The translations under genes and the position numbers were made by a program. DNA of 64,000 nucleotides from Anthoceros angustus (lineage: Eukaryota; Plantae; Anthocerotophyta). Each line of letters begins with the position of its first letter. The stretch's first letter is position 1. The stretch covers positions 1,389,478-1,453,477 of the forward strand of contig MU008158.1 of the NCBI GenBank assembly GCA_010909165.1. The letters run 5' to 3'. The notes beneath the pieces are model-generated. The model was given only the letters and a program-made list of their open reading frames with translations, ran no database searches and was not told the DNA's origin. Shown here in pieces: positions 14,101-28,164 of this stretch.

Positions 14101-16535
14101 AGAATTCAAATTAGGGTTGGGTTTGGCGGGCACGCACTCACCAATCGATGGCGGTAGGTTCGAGGAAATTGGCCTTGGACCGTAGGTTTGGTAAATTTGA
14201 AGTGAGTCCAGAGAGAGGTTGCCGCCCATGCAGAGAGAGGTTAGGGTTTCAGGCTATAAAAGCCCTCTACTTACAACGCCTTTTTCCCTATACCGGCTCG
14301 CCTCCGGTTGTGCGAGGTTCTCTGCTGTCGCTTTGAGGTTTCGCCTTACTCCGTGGGTCGCGATCATTTGTGCTCGTGCCACCATTTGTGTTTAGGCGCT
14401 TGAGCTGAGTTCAGTAAGGCCCCGGTCCTCCGATCTAGCTTGTGCGTGTGTTTATGGTGTTTTGCTCTTTTCCTTGTTCTTGCCATATCCGTGTGCTCTT
14501 TTCGAGGTCTTTCTCTTATTTTGACTCGCACTCGCAGCCTTGTCTTTCTTTGTTATTTACGAAGGTCCCCACGCATGTTTACTCTTCGTCTGTGGTGGAC
14601 TTGAAAGCAATTTGTCCCTAGCACTTAAAGGCCGCTTCTAGCGCAATGCACCCTCCGAGCCCGCATGCTTTGTTTTCATGTGCTTTCCATGCTTGTGCGA
14701 CCTTCACTATTGATGCGTGGTTGGTTTCGTGTGTTTTGAGTTTCCTCTCTGTTTGTATTTGTATTCTTGAAAGCTCATAGTGTTTTCCTATGTTGTTGTT
14801 CTCCAAGCTCGCCTGCGATCAGCTTGCTTCTATCTCAAAAGTGTTCTCTATTTTGCAGACCTGCTTTGGTTCAGTTTTCTTCACCGATGGATATGTTTTG
14901 TGCGATTCTTTGTTTATCTCTTAAGCTTTGTGTCGCAGTCTTGGGACTTTGTACATCTTTGAAATCTTTGTTGCTAGTTGTATGTTGCTTTTGCTTACTT
15001 CTCTATTGTTTCAAGTGTAGTATTAAAGTCCATTTCACCGCAAGTTTGGCAAATGTATCTTATGTCGCTCGAATCGCCTTGACATTGAAAGTTTGGTTTG
15101 TCGATCCAGGTTTACATTGCTATGTACATTGTGATTTGTTGTAGAGCTACCTTTGCTCTCCTGCGTTGTCATCCCATGTGCTTGTATTATGAACCTTTCG
15201 CTTATACCTTGTATGGTTGCAGTAGGAGACTAAAAGCAGCATCCCGGACCATTGGAGGTCAATTTCTTTACGCGACATTATGCCGCATCTTAAACTTGTT
15301 TGGTTTGTGTATGTGTGGCTCGCTTGTCCGTTGTATTGTGTTCTTTCAAGTCCTTTTTGCATGCTACATTTAGGTGTCTATGTTTCCAATTTCTTCTTGG
15401 TCTTTGATAATCATGTTGAGTGTAATCTTCACTGTTGTTATATGTGATTCTATACTACGGTTTGCATGTTTAATCATTTGTGATCCGTTTGGTGTTTGTT
15501 TGTCTACAAGTTCAAATTGATAAGTTTTGGACCTTAAGCATCTTGAGCAACAAGTAGGATGTGAGTTGTGTTAGCAGACTCTAATGCTTGTCCGGAATGT
15601 TTTTTTGAAGGTTTGAAGGTTTCTTTGTTAAGGGTCTGTTCATGTAAAGTTCATTGTGAAATATCTTTTTATTTATCCTCTGTCATTTGTGATGTCCGTG
15701 TGTTCTGTTGTTGTTGTTTGTCTATGGTATGGCTCTCTAGAGTTACTGTTTCACTCTTTGTTTTTTTTGTGTATTGCGTTAGTTCAACCTTAAGATTTCC
15801 TTGGATTTTGTGTTGTGCCTTTAGGCTAAGATACCCCATCAACTTGGTAGTGCGCATATATAACCTCGAGTTGTCTAATCAATTTGAGCGATCATTTTTT
15901 ATCAAACCATTTCTCGCTTGTTCTTTTCTGTGGTTTGTGTAATCTGCTCTCATCGTCGCCTCTGCTCATCTTGGTTAAGAAACCTAGTGGTCGTGAAAGT
16001 TATATTTTCATTATGTATAATCGATACCGATTTTCCAAAATAAGGTAAGTATGTTCATATCATGGTTTATTATTGGATTTTGTTATGCTTTTAGTTTTAT
16101 GCCTATGTTACGTTTTTTATGTAGGTTGATCAATCAATCCAAAGAATCCGGACCAATCTATTCACAGTATTCACTCTTCATTATTTTAATTTGTATTTCA
16201 TCCATTCTAAAACTTGCAAGGTTTCTTTGTTGGTTTTTGTATATCCCGGATCCGCATGAATATTATTTAACGGAATGTTTCTTGCCAGTTACTTGATGTT
16301 GGTGGGATTTCTATTGAGCTTCTTTAGATCTACATGGTTTTCACTTAGTGGCCCATTTTTACCTTACTACCTGGTTTCAACTTTGATGGTGAATTATATT
16401 TACCTTACATGGCATGTTTTCTACCCTATTGTAATAAATTTTACTTTGGTCAGTAAAAAATAATTACATTTGGTCAATTCTCTAGAATCCACCGCCTCCC
16501 TAAAAATCAAGCGGCTGAGGCCCCACGAGGCCCAC
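11190..16535 (+). mobile_element. Non-autonomous ~5.35-kb element, copy A (Crypton-like family by shared ends)
   Basis: Collinear with the reverse complement of 40257-45654. Its first ~470 bp and last ~300 bp resemble the ends of the YR element at 24266-38622. No TIR or clear TSD. Confidence 0.85.
14241..14261 (+). promoter_or_regulatory. Telo-box (TAGGGTTT) plus TATA box inside element A
   Basis: TTAGGGTTTCAGGCTATAAAA followed by a long T-rich tract. The same motif pair is in copy B (~42629-42651, minus). Confidence 0.45.
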
Positions 16536-16559
16536 CACGCCATAGGGAGATCCTCCGGT

Positions 16560-18590
16560 ACAGGCTAAGCGGAAATCTCAGCATGGCCTCTAAGAAGACC
16601 ACACCGGCTCATTGAGGCCATTGATTGGGCCCAACATGGGCCAATCGGAGGCATATGGTCTCGGTAGAAACCACCTGCCTTCATGGACAAAAAGTGGTGC
16701 TACAACAGCTGCTGGTTTGGAGTGTGGCAGCACATGAGGGAGAAGGCCATGGGAAGGCAACGTGAGGCCAACCCCGCACCGAATATTCATTGTTCCCGAT
16801 GAGAGGTCCAAGAGGAATGTATGGAATAATCATCGACCTTTCGTGCCATCTCCTCAAAAGTTGCAGGAGGCACAAGTCGCCATTGCTCCCACATTGTCTA
16901 GGGTGGAGAATGGGTCACCAACAAGCTAGACCCCGAGCCGGGCCGGATTAGCCAGTGGATCCTGTGGCTCACCACTAAGAAGCGGAGCACACACGACCAT
17001 TTTCTTGTCTTTCTATGAGGTGGTGAGAGGGTCCAAGATAGATTGGGCCAGTGATGTTCTATGACACATGGTGGAGAGGGACCACTTGACCCTACCATCA
17101 CCCACCTCCGCCTATCTCCCTTCTTAATCCACGTTTTGACCATGCCAAGTTGTCGAGGAATGGAGATGGTCTCACCTTTCACCTCGAGGCCGTGTTTGAA
17201 AGAAGGAAGCCCAAAGAGGAGAGAGGCCATCTCCGAGTAATCGGGAGTGAAGATGAGAAGTCCAAGTGTCCATGAAGAGGAATGTGGCAGTTGCAGCAGG
17301 TACCATACATAAAGCAACCGAGTTGCTAAGACCAACAGCACCAAGAGGAGGATCGAGCAACGGGACTCCAACCACACCTAGAGCCACAAGAGCACGACCG
17401 GGAGCTCACCCGAAGCAAGACAAGGGCAAGGCTGTGGCAAAGACTCTGTGAGCCTGTGGTTGGGGAAACCACAGTCATCAGGAGGAATCACCCCCAACCT
17501 TGGGGCCAGCCGATCCGAGAAAGTGATCACCTGCTCAAGGGTGGCTCAAGTATACCCTGAAGTTGTGACAGGGGAAGGCCACCGCGACAGATAGGAAGGA
17601 GGGAGCCCATCCCTCAAGGTTTGGGACCTAACATCACCCACAAGAGTTGGTTTTCAGCTATGGCACGCACGGCTAGATGGAGGACCGAGCTCGTCCTCTC
17701 CTTGTTAGGTTTACAGCGCAAAGGGAAGCAACAGGGAGCAAGGAGCTCCAGGAGATGAAGAAGGAGAAGGAGGTTTTGAGGGACGCCTAGGTAGCTTGGA
17801 AGTGGAAATAGGGAAGGTCCGAGAGTTGCACTAAGTCCAAGGACCAGCCCTCATGGCTCACCTCCTGACACAAAGCACCATAGGAGAGCTGCAGAACGTC
17901 ATCTGATGCACAAGGCGCCGAAGCCCTGGATGCCTCACGAGCCATAAGAGAGGGACGAGGCTAGGAAAGGTCGGAAGGAGGCCAAGAGGGCTTGCAAGGA
18001 GGAGAGCCACCGTGGAAGAGGCTCCTATGGAAGAATGTCGAGTTAGAAAATGTTGCCAAGGAGGTGCAACACCGAGGCCGCTAAGGAAGCAACAACCTGC
18101 ACTCGCTGCTAAGGAAGCAACAATCGTAACAGCTCCAAGACCAGAGCCACAGTAAGGAAGAAGGGGCAATAAGACCGAGGAGGACAACAGCGGGGAGCGG
18201 GTAAGCACCGCTCTAAGAAGTCTAACTTCCCAATGGTGCATTAGATCGAGGGATGCTTATCAAGATAATCATGTGCCCGGATTCTCCTCACCGGAGAGAA
18301 GATTGTCACCCGAAAGTTTATGTTGTTGTGGGTGGGGGACATGGAGGTACTTGATCCATGCCTTGACGCAATCGGATCCTACCTATTGGACTCTACGGAG
18401 GAGACTTCACGACCCATCCAGATTCAAGAGCTCACCGAGGAGGAGTACCCATGCATGGGCACAAGAGAGAGAGGAGTCCACCGAGGAGGTGGAGATTTTG
18501 TGGAGAGATTGCCCAACCAGCCAAGAGGGAGGAGCAAGAGGAGAACATGGGCTAGGAGGCCTAGGAGGCCAGGAGGGATAATAGGGTAAG
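16560..18590 (+). pseudogene. Degenerate ORF(s) of the 9.8-kb insert, with a charged coiled-coil-like C-terminal part
   Basis: Purine-rich coding-like sequence (ELQEMKKEKEVLRDA; EREESTEEVEIL) with many frameshifts. No recognisable domain. Confidence 0.35.
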
Positions 18591-19719
18591 GCCTCAAATA
18601 GATGAAGGCCCATGTGTATAGATTAAAGATCTTATCTTCTCATAGTGGATAGAATTAAGAGATAGGCCTCAGGATTGGTAGGCTAAGATCGAGTATTTTT
18701 TGGTACCAAGCTACTTTTGTGGGTCGATCTTGGGTATAAGAGGCCTCTGATGAAATGTAAGCAATGTTGGCCTAAGGTCCTGTTTGGGGCTAGCACGGGG
18801 TTTGGGGGTACCAGATCCAATGTTGTAAGTCTAGGCACTTTCTCCGCTGCTGTGAGGAGCCGAGAAGACCACTGTTGCTGATCCAGGTGGCCGATCCGCA
18901 AGAGTGGTGGAAAGCAAGGAGGGAGCCTCGTGGTCTCCTTGAGGGAGTTCCCAAGGATAAGAGAAGGGGTTGTGAGGTCATTCCTTACTCATTCTCTCTA
19001 GCTTGTCTAGTACTCACCTTGTGTTTGAGTTGTCGTGAGGTCATGTGGAAAAGAAGACAAGGCGGGAGCCCGTGTGTGGAGGAGAAGAGAAAGTCAAGTG
19101 AGTGAGGCCCGTTTGTGTTTGGAAAATGTGAGGAAAGTGAACTGGGAGAGGGGATATGGAGAGTTGCTGATTGGTGGAGGGGAGAAAGTAAGAGGGATCA
19201 AGAAGTCTGTGATGCCGAGAAAGTGATTGAATGAGGCCGTGAGGGTGAGAAGGGAGGCGGGAGGTGACTGGAAGAGGGAACAAGGGAGAGTGGAAGTGTG
19301 AGCCTGGGAGAGGTCTCATGTGGGAGGTGAGCTGAAAGGCTGGAGGAGAGACAAGAGAGATCCGGGGAAGTGCCGCAAGAGTAAGGGGTGAGTTGGTGAT
19401 CAGAACTCGATTGGTGGATCTAACTTTGTGTGATAAGAGAGAGGGTGTCCAATCTTATCCACTTGGACCCCAAGTGGGTCCCACCCTTCTATTAATGGCT
19501 GTGCCCCCCAACCCCCCCGCTGTAATAGAGGGTGGTTGCTAAGATAGCAACCGGTGGCCCGTGCTAAGGTAGCAACAGGTCGCGTGGCTAAGATAGCCAG
19601 TCCGAGTGTTGTTAGGATAGTAGCTGGTCTCAGAGTCGCTAGATGTTTGCGTGTCCGTGTTGGTTGGATTGGCTATGTTTTGGTTGTCTTGACACAAATC
19701 ACTCCCTTGGGTACGAATC

Positions 19720-21250
19720 TCAAGTCTACAACGATAAAGAGGGTAAATGTGGCCTCTTGACCACGGTTTAGAAAATCACCCACAGTCAAGGTGACATCAT
19801 CGATTTAGATGGATGCTTGGGAAAATGCGACCTGGTGAGCGCTACAATGTCATGGGGTGTCAGCCGCTGCTTAAATGTCGCCTACTTGCCAACTATTCCG
19901 GGTTGTACGAAGACGTGATGCACACTAAGTTAACAATCGCCATGCTTTTGGAACATATGAGTGGCAAATGACACCCACAATGCTAGGATTGACCTTATGA
20001 ATGTGGCCTCAAGCCGTGTGGCTCGTGATGACGCGGTGAGGCCCACCTCCCGGCCATACACATTGAGCAAAAATGACTTGCCGTGAAAGCGAGCTATGGG
20101 ATCAAACCACCAACGGCATTTGGGTCCAACCTTGCAACTAGCTTTGGGCAACAACATGGGTCAAGAGTCACGACTGCACTTGCTCCTCCAATTTTATTTT
20201 CCTATTGCACCACGCCACCGCTTTGAGAGGCCCGGAGTACAAAGCCTTCATACTTGAGCTCCATCTACCGATGGATTTGTCGAAGGCAATCAAGCCTACG
20301 TAAATCCTCGCAATGCGGCTCGTTGTGGATACAATGGTGGCCTTGGAGCGGTATTACCCTTCCGTGTTTTGGAACTGGCGCGCACCTCTTTATCCACCGC
20401 TAGATGAAGTTGCCACGCACGGCATGGTGCATGTTCGATGGATGTACCCTATCGAGCGGCATATGAATGTCTTGAAGCAATCAATCCGCCGTAAAGCCCG
20501 CCCAAGGAAGTATGGCCACGGGTACTTGGCAATGGAGAGCATGTTTTATGCAATGGACTACTGGCGGCAAGGAATCGGCTCAGCTCATTTGTTCCAAAGA
20601 CATCGATAGACCGGATGCGAGGCGCCCCATCGGAAAGCGCAACCGTAACCCTAATGTGGAGCAAAAGCGATGCATCGGCATTTCGCTCCATTCTAAAACT
20701 TTGAGGGGATTCAATGGAGTTTGATGTCGAGGGACAGACCGGCCACTTTCCTCGAGTGGTCGGAAGTCATCAACGGGCTGGCAATTTGAACAAGACAACG
20801 ATATTCGGGCCATGGTGAACGGGCCGTAAGGTCAATAACATAGGGGTTGGAGACAATGGGGTACCATTACCGCACTATAGCCGACATGACCGCACCGCTC
20901 CACAGTGATGGGGCTTGGGTTTTGGGACCTTTGATGGAAGACCAACCTGCTCCGAGCTTTTCAAAGGTTGAGATTCTGGACGTGACTTTCGAGGCGACTT
21001 TTGTGCCTTTGTCCTCCAAATCAAGTGGTTTTGTGTGACGATCTTCAAACCCAAAGTCTATGGAAGAAGACATGAGCGGTTTCATGGTCGGACACAAGGA
21101 AGGTGTATATCAAGTGACCACAAAACCGGCCATTCACGCTTTGTCGACACCCCGTTAGCACACCCGGATGTGGGAGAAGGCCGGGGTGGTTCATTTGCAC
21201 ACCTGCCTTTCGGTGGATTTGCTATTGGAAAAAGACATGTAAACCCACGA
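19720..21250 (+). pseudogene. CACTA Tnp2 transposase, 3' half (DUF4218/DUF4216 region), frameshifted
   Basis: PYTLSK, KSHDC..LLLQF, LERYYPSVFW, HGMVHVRWMYPIERHMNVLKQ motifs. Confidence 0.88.
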
Positions 21251-24222
21251 TCACCGGGATGTACAGAGCTTCATTGAATGTAAACCACCAAGTGCCTCCA
21301 TGTCACGGCACAATGCGCCGTGCCATCCGATGGCCCCGAACAAAGCTAACCAAAGAGAAAATCCGACTTGAAGGCGACGGACTTGCACCTCCAACGGACT
21401 ATTGAGGTCGGGCGTAAAACAAAGGCAAAGGTTGCCCCAACAACCAAAGCATGCCCTTTCCTATCGCCGGCGATGCGGACAACACTTCACAATCAAATCA
21501 CATGCTTCCATGACATGGAAGATCCCTTCGTCATTCGACGGAAATCGGCATATGCAATGAAATGGTGGCAATGGTCGACACGGGATCTTGTGTTGAAGCC
21601 CACACACCACCGTCACAACCTCCTTCTTCGTAATGGCGAGCTTCCCACCAACCTTGGATGCCGCAGACACCAATCCTACCACACCCTTTTCGGCCCCGTC
21701 ACAACGCCATGCGCTCCTCATCCCATCTTGGCCCGAGCGGCGCTCAAGCATTTGCCATCCGTGGTCGCTCCACTTCACCCACCGCAACTCGCCGTGATGT
21801 CTTCCTTCAAACTGCTGCTAAACGCCTTGCCGCTCGCTCGCCCAAGAAGCAAGCGAGCTCTATAACTCGGATGTCATATCGGTTTGGCGGCAATGAAATG
21901 TAACACAAAGTTGATGGAGTGCACACTTCCACGAAGGTGGCAATCGCTTTGAGGTATTCCCGCTTCTTCATCTCATCCGTGATGTCGACGACAAAGTCGA
22001 ATCTCCGTCAGCTGCTTCCATGATGCCCTTGCCCAACCCGGGATCACATCCCACATACCAAGGCTTGGGATCTTCCACTTGTCCTTAGTACGCACATTCG
22101 GGGCCAGCATCATTGGTTGACAACGGGATCAACCAATTCTTCTTCTCGAGGTGAATAGGCCGACGGCCCCAAGTCGGAATGCCCACCGCCGCCCGAGGGG
22201 CCGAATTGCGGTGGGACGTCCCCGGTACGCATGTGCAACCGCGTAGTCCTGCCAAAGAGCAATTGCATGATCCCACCGCCAAATTGGCTTACTGAAGGCG
22301 GGCGTTGATCATTTGCGCGAGCGCTGGCCATATCCCACAATGCGGGTCCTTCAAGCTTCGTGCCTCCCCAAACCGCCGCTAGATGGGCTCTCAAGGGCAT
22401 TCCAAGTGTTGCATCAGCGGTCACAAGGCTCACTCACCGGGAATGGCTGTAGCCCAACCATGCCAATCAGCGTGCCCATCTTGGCTTTCCATCTCGACAC
22501 CGACGCAAGGGAGTAATCGCTTGCCAAGTGAATGTTGGAAGGCGGCGGCTTTGGTGATATGCACCGCACGGGGCCTGGCTTGGAGTGAAGGTCCAACCTC
22601 CACGTCTGCTTCCGCCTGCCTATAGAGCGTGAAAGACTAGGTGGTACGATGCAACACCGCACATAGCGCACGGCTAGCAAAATAGTCACCACGGGAAAAG
22701 CCCGAATTGGCTATTTCTCCTCATCCGACTAAGCTGCCGATGAACCCTACCGGCCACGCATACATGGATATACGCCTAGTCAAACTTCCACCGCAACACC
22801 GTACCACCTCGCAAGCGAGGACATGGTGTGTATGAATGCAGATGCCAGGAATGCATGCACTGTCATATCGGACATGGCAGCTGGCACGTGTGAGACTCAC
22901 GCCTGATCAGGCATCGCGCATGACACCGACGTTGACAACACAAGCTGGATGACATCCGCGGCCGGGATTCGGGATAGTGATGGGTCAGGTCCTGGCGTGT
23001 GAAGCGCCCCGCTTTATATCTCGGAGGTGTAGACACATGACGTTGCCACTTGGGGTGGTCGGGGATGGATTCGCAAGCATCAATCCCTAGATTCGCCTTG
23101 GAGTGGCCTGATGAGCAAGAGGACTCCTCCCCGCCTCGCAATCCGCTACCACCATCGAGCTGCTTTCGGACGGAATGGGAGTCCATGTCTTTTGGATCTT
23201 CTAATTGGCCATACTTATAGGAGGAGAGGAACCGGAAGATGACGCCAGAGAGTGCACACCCGAGAACGATTCCATGTTCGTCACTGCTGGATTGTATGTT
23301 TTGAACATGTACACACATGAGGTTCTCCTCATATCCGCTGTCAAGTGTGAACCAACGGGCTGAACCCCTAGCCTCGAACGGCAAGATCAACTGGTGAGCA
23401 AAGGCTGTCAAGACTACTCTCACCATCATCACTGGGCATCAACGACATGCGGTTAGTCATTTACGCCCGGCCGTGGTCTGTTGAGGAGGCAGAGTTGTCC
23501 CACCTAGCCAAGTTACCATTCCCCTACATGCCCCCGACTACCTTCCCAAGCGGGTTCCGGGGCCGCTGGTTTTACGGTGCTTTGGTGACATGGGTGAAGA
23601 GGTCACAGAACCGCTCCAGAAAAGTGTGAGCCCTACTGCCGATCTCATCCTGTGCCATGGATGTCGATCCTCGAATTGCCGTGATTGGTCTCAAGATGGA
23701 TGCGCCGCACCACCAAATACCAAACAAGGGCGTGGACCCGGATATGGCGGGCCATAGCCATGAGTTTGGAACCGTCATGCACGGGTTTCTGGACGTGAGA
23801 GCGGCCAGAAAGGCCGGCTAGCGCCGCGCAGCCGCCGGACGCCTTACGCAGCGGGCGGGGCGCGCACGGAATGCGTGGGCGCGGCCTTCTGTCTGGAAGG
23901 TCAGAGGGCGGGAAAGCAGGCGATGGAAGAGCCAGCAGTTTGTCAGCAGAGCCCACGCCAAACCGAAGGTAGAGCGGGAGACCGGCTGGGGATGGGTTCG
24001 GAGGAGGTTCGTTCGCGATGGCTCCACATGCCCCAACGCTGTGTGCCCGAGCATGGGCGTGGAGGTCCTACCGCCACGGAAGAGGGCGCAGCCGACGCCG
24101 TGGGCCGACGCCACACCCGTTAGAACTACCAATGCCGTGCTCCGGAGGAGGGCCTGCACCGGCCCACCCAAGTGTGGACGCCGATCCTTCCATCCGACTT
24201 GCCCACCGACACTAATACGGGA

Positions 24223-24265
24223 TGTCGGCACAGAGGTAGGCGTGTAGGACCCAGGTGTGATAACG
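24223..24265 (+). repeat. 5' terminal repeat A1, first part (split by the YR element)
   Basis: GGCACAGAGGTAGG..GTGTAGGACC..GGTGTGATAACG matches 52493-52525. Confidence 0.8.
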
Positions 24266-25009
24266 AGGAACGGATGGGGCGCCGACGGCCGAACGGCAGT
24301 CGAGGCCGTTAGGCCGAGACCGCTTTTAGGCCGCGGCGCCAGTCCGCTTCGCAGGGAGCGGCCGAGGTCAGACGGCCAGCATTCCACCGCTGAGGCATCC
24401 GAGGCGCAGTCGAGGTCTGTGCTCATTTAAGGGTTGTCTTATAACTCTTTTTCTCTCTTCCATGTAATTGATAAGGTAACACAAGTTTTGATTTTAGCTT
24501 CCGCTTGGTAAAAGTCCCAGCAATTTTGACCTTTTAACTGCTTTTTTTTACTTGTCTCGATTCAAAGGACATATTCTATTGGGGTTGACGGGGTGTAAAC
24601 AGGTGATCCCGGTGGTGCATAGTCTTTGGAGTAATGCTTTTTCATTTGCTCGTTGTACGGTCTAGATAAAAAGTTTATCATCTCAAAGATTTCGTCCAGA
24701 CGTGAATATTTCTACAAGCAATTTTATTTGTTAGTAATAGAGTTTTTAAAATTCCAAACAAGCAATTTAATATACTAACCTCAAACAGTGCAAACAACTC
24801 CTTTTGTTTCTTCGATAACTACAAACGGTAGAATGCGTTAAGTTACCTCCATTTCAAGTCGGCGCCCCGCCGTAAATACCTTCGACTAACGTCATGTGTG
24901 CTGAAGATTCCCACACTACGAAAGTGTGACTTTATGTTCTGGATAATGCGCAGATGTTAGAAATATGCAATTGAAGAATATAACTTAATATAACTTATAA
25001 ATTTAAGAA

Positions 25010-26230
25010 ATTACCTTTTGAATGTTTTTTGTTGTCTCTGGATCCTCCATAAGCGCCAACAGGTCTGTAGTTTTGAGCTCTTTATTTTGAATGGCTTCAG
25101 ATATCTCTGCAAGTCACAACATGGGAAATTTAGGCATAAATAAACATTATAAAAACAAAAATGCAAAGGTACTTTTCTGAATCTCTATATATTGTTCAAA
25201 GGTTGGTGTAGTCCCATCTGCGTTGAGGATTGGCTGACTGGTCTTTGAGGCTATGCTCCCATATGGGAGCATATTTGTTTTTGAACTCTTGAAAAATCTG
25301 GAATCGGTAGTTATTCATCCATTTTCCAAATTCAGTGAATTCTTTAGAAGGGCCATAAGTTGGAGCATTGTCTTGAGTCCTCTATTTTCCTCTTTTTTCC
25401 TGTAAAATGGAGAATTTTGTTAAAGAGGATATTGCATTTTGTTAAATAGGGATATATAGACTTGAGTCATAATTTTGACCAACCCGATGTGAGATGTCCG
25501 TTGATTTTGTCGTATGTCGTGTATTTTGTCTTTGATTTCTTTAGCAGCATTGTTCTGCAAAGACTGTAACGCATAGTTAACAAATTGGCGTGAAATACTA
25601 CATGATGTAAAATGCATTTATTTATTTACCTCTAGTATTGATTGAATGGAGATTTGATGCCCGTTAAATCTTCTAACTAGAGTCATTGTCTCCAACTCTA
25701 ACTGTGCTGTTGTTCGTAAGTTCTTTTTGATATCCTGCACATGTTAATTTTTATAAGTTAGTCTTCATATCCATGTCGAATGTAATTTTATAAGGCGGTA
25801 AAAGTGCACTTTTTTATCTTGTCCAATTGAGCGTATCCGGTAAGGAGTAAGTCTTTTTGTCCATCGATGAAAACATGGTGTGCTCCGTGAGAACTGGAAA
25901 ACATGCATAAATTAGTTCATCGTACTAAAACTCGAGCATTTTGGTTCTCAACTATAGTATCTTTGCAACATTGTACCTTTTTCCACGTCTTTCTTATTTC
26001 AAGGAGTGATTTCAAACTCGATTTCGTGCCATATCCTCGGATCCCCATGGGCGGAGCATGATTGTTTGACCGCCACCACAACCTCGGGTTCTCGCACGCG
26101 GCTTTCCGTCACAAAAATGACCGTGGAGAGCGAGAGCGATTTGAGCGACGAAAATTTACCTTCTTCAATGTCAACCATGTCTGCTTTCTCCCGAATCCAT
26201 TAAAGTGGAAACATATGGACGTTAAAGAAC
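25010..26230 (-). pseudogene. Putative spliced gene of unknown function in the left arm of element C
   Basis: Short open segments bounded by AG/GT, e.g. EISEAIQNKELKTTDLLALMEDPETTKNIQK then GTAA, separated by AT-rich intron-like gaps. Confidence 0.4.
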
Positions 26231-28164
26231 GCTTAAAATCAAGGGACTTGTGATAAGTAGAAAGCTCTACACCGCATGCTATACGTACGCATTCGCCACG
26301 GTTGCGGTTGCGCGTGTAACACTTGCCTACAAAGAATCGCAAACATGCAATTGCATGCGTCAACAGATACATGTAGGGTGCCGTTGAGTCTGACTCTGCG
26401 ATAAAAGAAACATAACTTACGCTCAATAAAGAACTTCGTGGAACCCCTGTCTTGAAGAGAGTTCTTGTAAAGTCCGTCTAAGTGAGGACAAGTGTCGAGG
26501 GGATATACACTCAAACAACTAAAGACCTGAACCTAAAGAACTCGATACAAAAATGAGACTGTTCTCACGGACAAACAAAGCACAAGCTCGCAGGAATTGA
26601 AGTAATAAAGCATGTTGTCGGACTTACAGTTACATGCAAGGTTCACTGACGATAGCTACTGGGGTAACAAGGCAAAAGTGAAACAACTTACTTGGCCAAA
26701 GCACTTCGAGGACCCGGATGTATAGTGTTTGCGCGGTAGTAGTCCCCGCATACCATAAAGGTTGAAGTGAAAGCCAGAGTTATTATGTGTTCTTCAGAGT
26801 GGCTACGAGACAAAGACTGCTACAGAACGGAACGGACTACATCAAATGAAAGAAAAAGACGCTGACAAATATGATAAACGCAGTCAAGTTGAAAAGCACA
26901 AGGTTTGTTACTAACCTGAAAACTTGATGTTTGCTTGTGAGGAATCCCTGCGACGAAGAATAGAACACAAGATGAGCGACGGGACACATAAAGATGAAAA
27001 CGGTCATACAATGAAAGTCAGAGCTACCAAACTTGGCGGCGCCGGGTTCTCGACCTTTCTTGTCGCAGAACGCCTTCCTCGCAAACGTGCTCAAAACCGA
27101 GGTGAGTAGCCACAAATGATGCTGATGTATGTACTTCAAAAAGTCGTCAAGGGTCAAGGAGGAAGGCGAGAAGAGAGGAAACACACCTCACTACAGAGAA
27201 AAAAGACACTGGTCAATGGTGAGGCATGGAAGTACAGAGCCCAAGGCGGGCAAAGGATCAGGAGAAGATACAGCAGCCTTGGCGGTGAGCGGTAGGGGCG
27301 AGTAGAAGAACCAAAGAACAAGGCGCTGGCAGGTGGGGCGAGAAAGGAAGCTGAGCTGGCAGCGTGTAGGCCTAGGAGAGAACTAAGAGTGGACACCAAC
27401 CCCGAGAGTGCAGCGTGTGTGAGGGCGCTGTCAAGAAGTAGTCGTGACAAGGTCATTGAGGAAAATCAAGGGCAAGAAAGGATGCTTTGTTTAAAGTGAT
27501 GATGAGACAAATTGCAAACCCAACCTGACCTTCTGCCGGGTCCATGAGGCTCCTCCGCAACGCCTCCCTTGTCACCCGAGGTGGGCGAATCATGATGTGA
27601 GCATGGAGCCTCCGCTTGGACAGTGGCGTTAGAGGCTAGCGACAAGTGACCATGGTGAACCTTCACGCCTGGGAGATCCGAGAGACCACAGAGGAAATGC
27701 TGCTAGGGGCGATTGAGAGTTCGAGCGGGAGAGCTGCTTAAGTAGTCCCATTTTAGGGTTCCAGAAGGTTCGAGGTTTGCGTGGGCAGCTTTGTGGACCG
27801 CCAGCGACGCTTCGCCCGCTTAGAGCTTCGGATTTTAGGTTTGGATCTGCATGGCTAGGTTTGGAATAGAATGACTAGGTTTGGCCGAGCGGTGGCGGCA
27901 TCGAATGGCGAACGAGGTTCTGTCCTCCGGAAGCTTAGGTTCGCATTTTCAAATTAGGTCTCGTAGAGAGAGAGTGGCGCCCGATGAGCGAGAACGGTAG
28001 GGTTGGTGGCCTATAAGGCGCCTCCTGGGAGTTCAAAGTCTTTCGGCCTCTGGATGGAGTGCGAGTAGTCATGAGTCATGTGTTAGGGTTTGTAGTCATG
28101 TTGTGTTTTTAGGCAGTGCTCAATGTAGGGAAGGCCAAATTGTGTGTGTTCTTTGAAGTTGTGT

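Larger units (their letters stand above)
9919..19714. mobile_element. ~9.8-kb unclassified insertion splitting Tnp2, with imperfect TIR-like ends
   Basis: Tnp2 homology stops ~9915 and resumes ~19720. Left AAGGAGTG(T)nGTGTTTAAG resembles the reverse complement of right CTTGACACAAATCACTCCCTT. TGGGTAC occurs at both junctions (9912-9918, 19708-19714). GTTGCTAAGATAGCAAC-type palindromes lie near the right end. Confidence 0.55.

Noticed and set aside
21250-23860. ORFs of 100-190 aa inside the CACTA
   Set aside because: No recognisable domains; probably a decayed CACTA interior.
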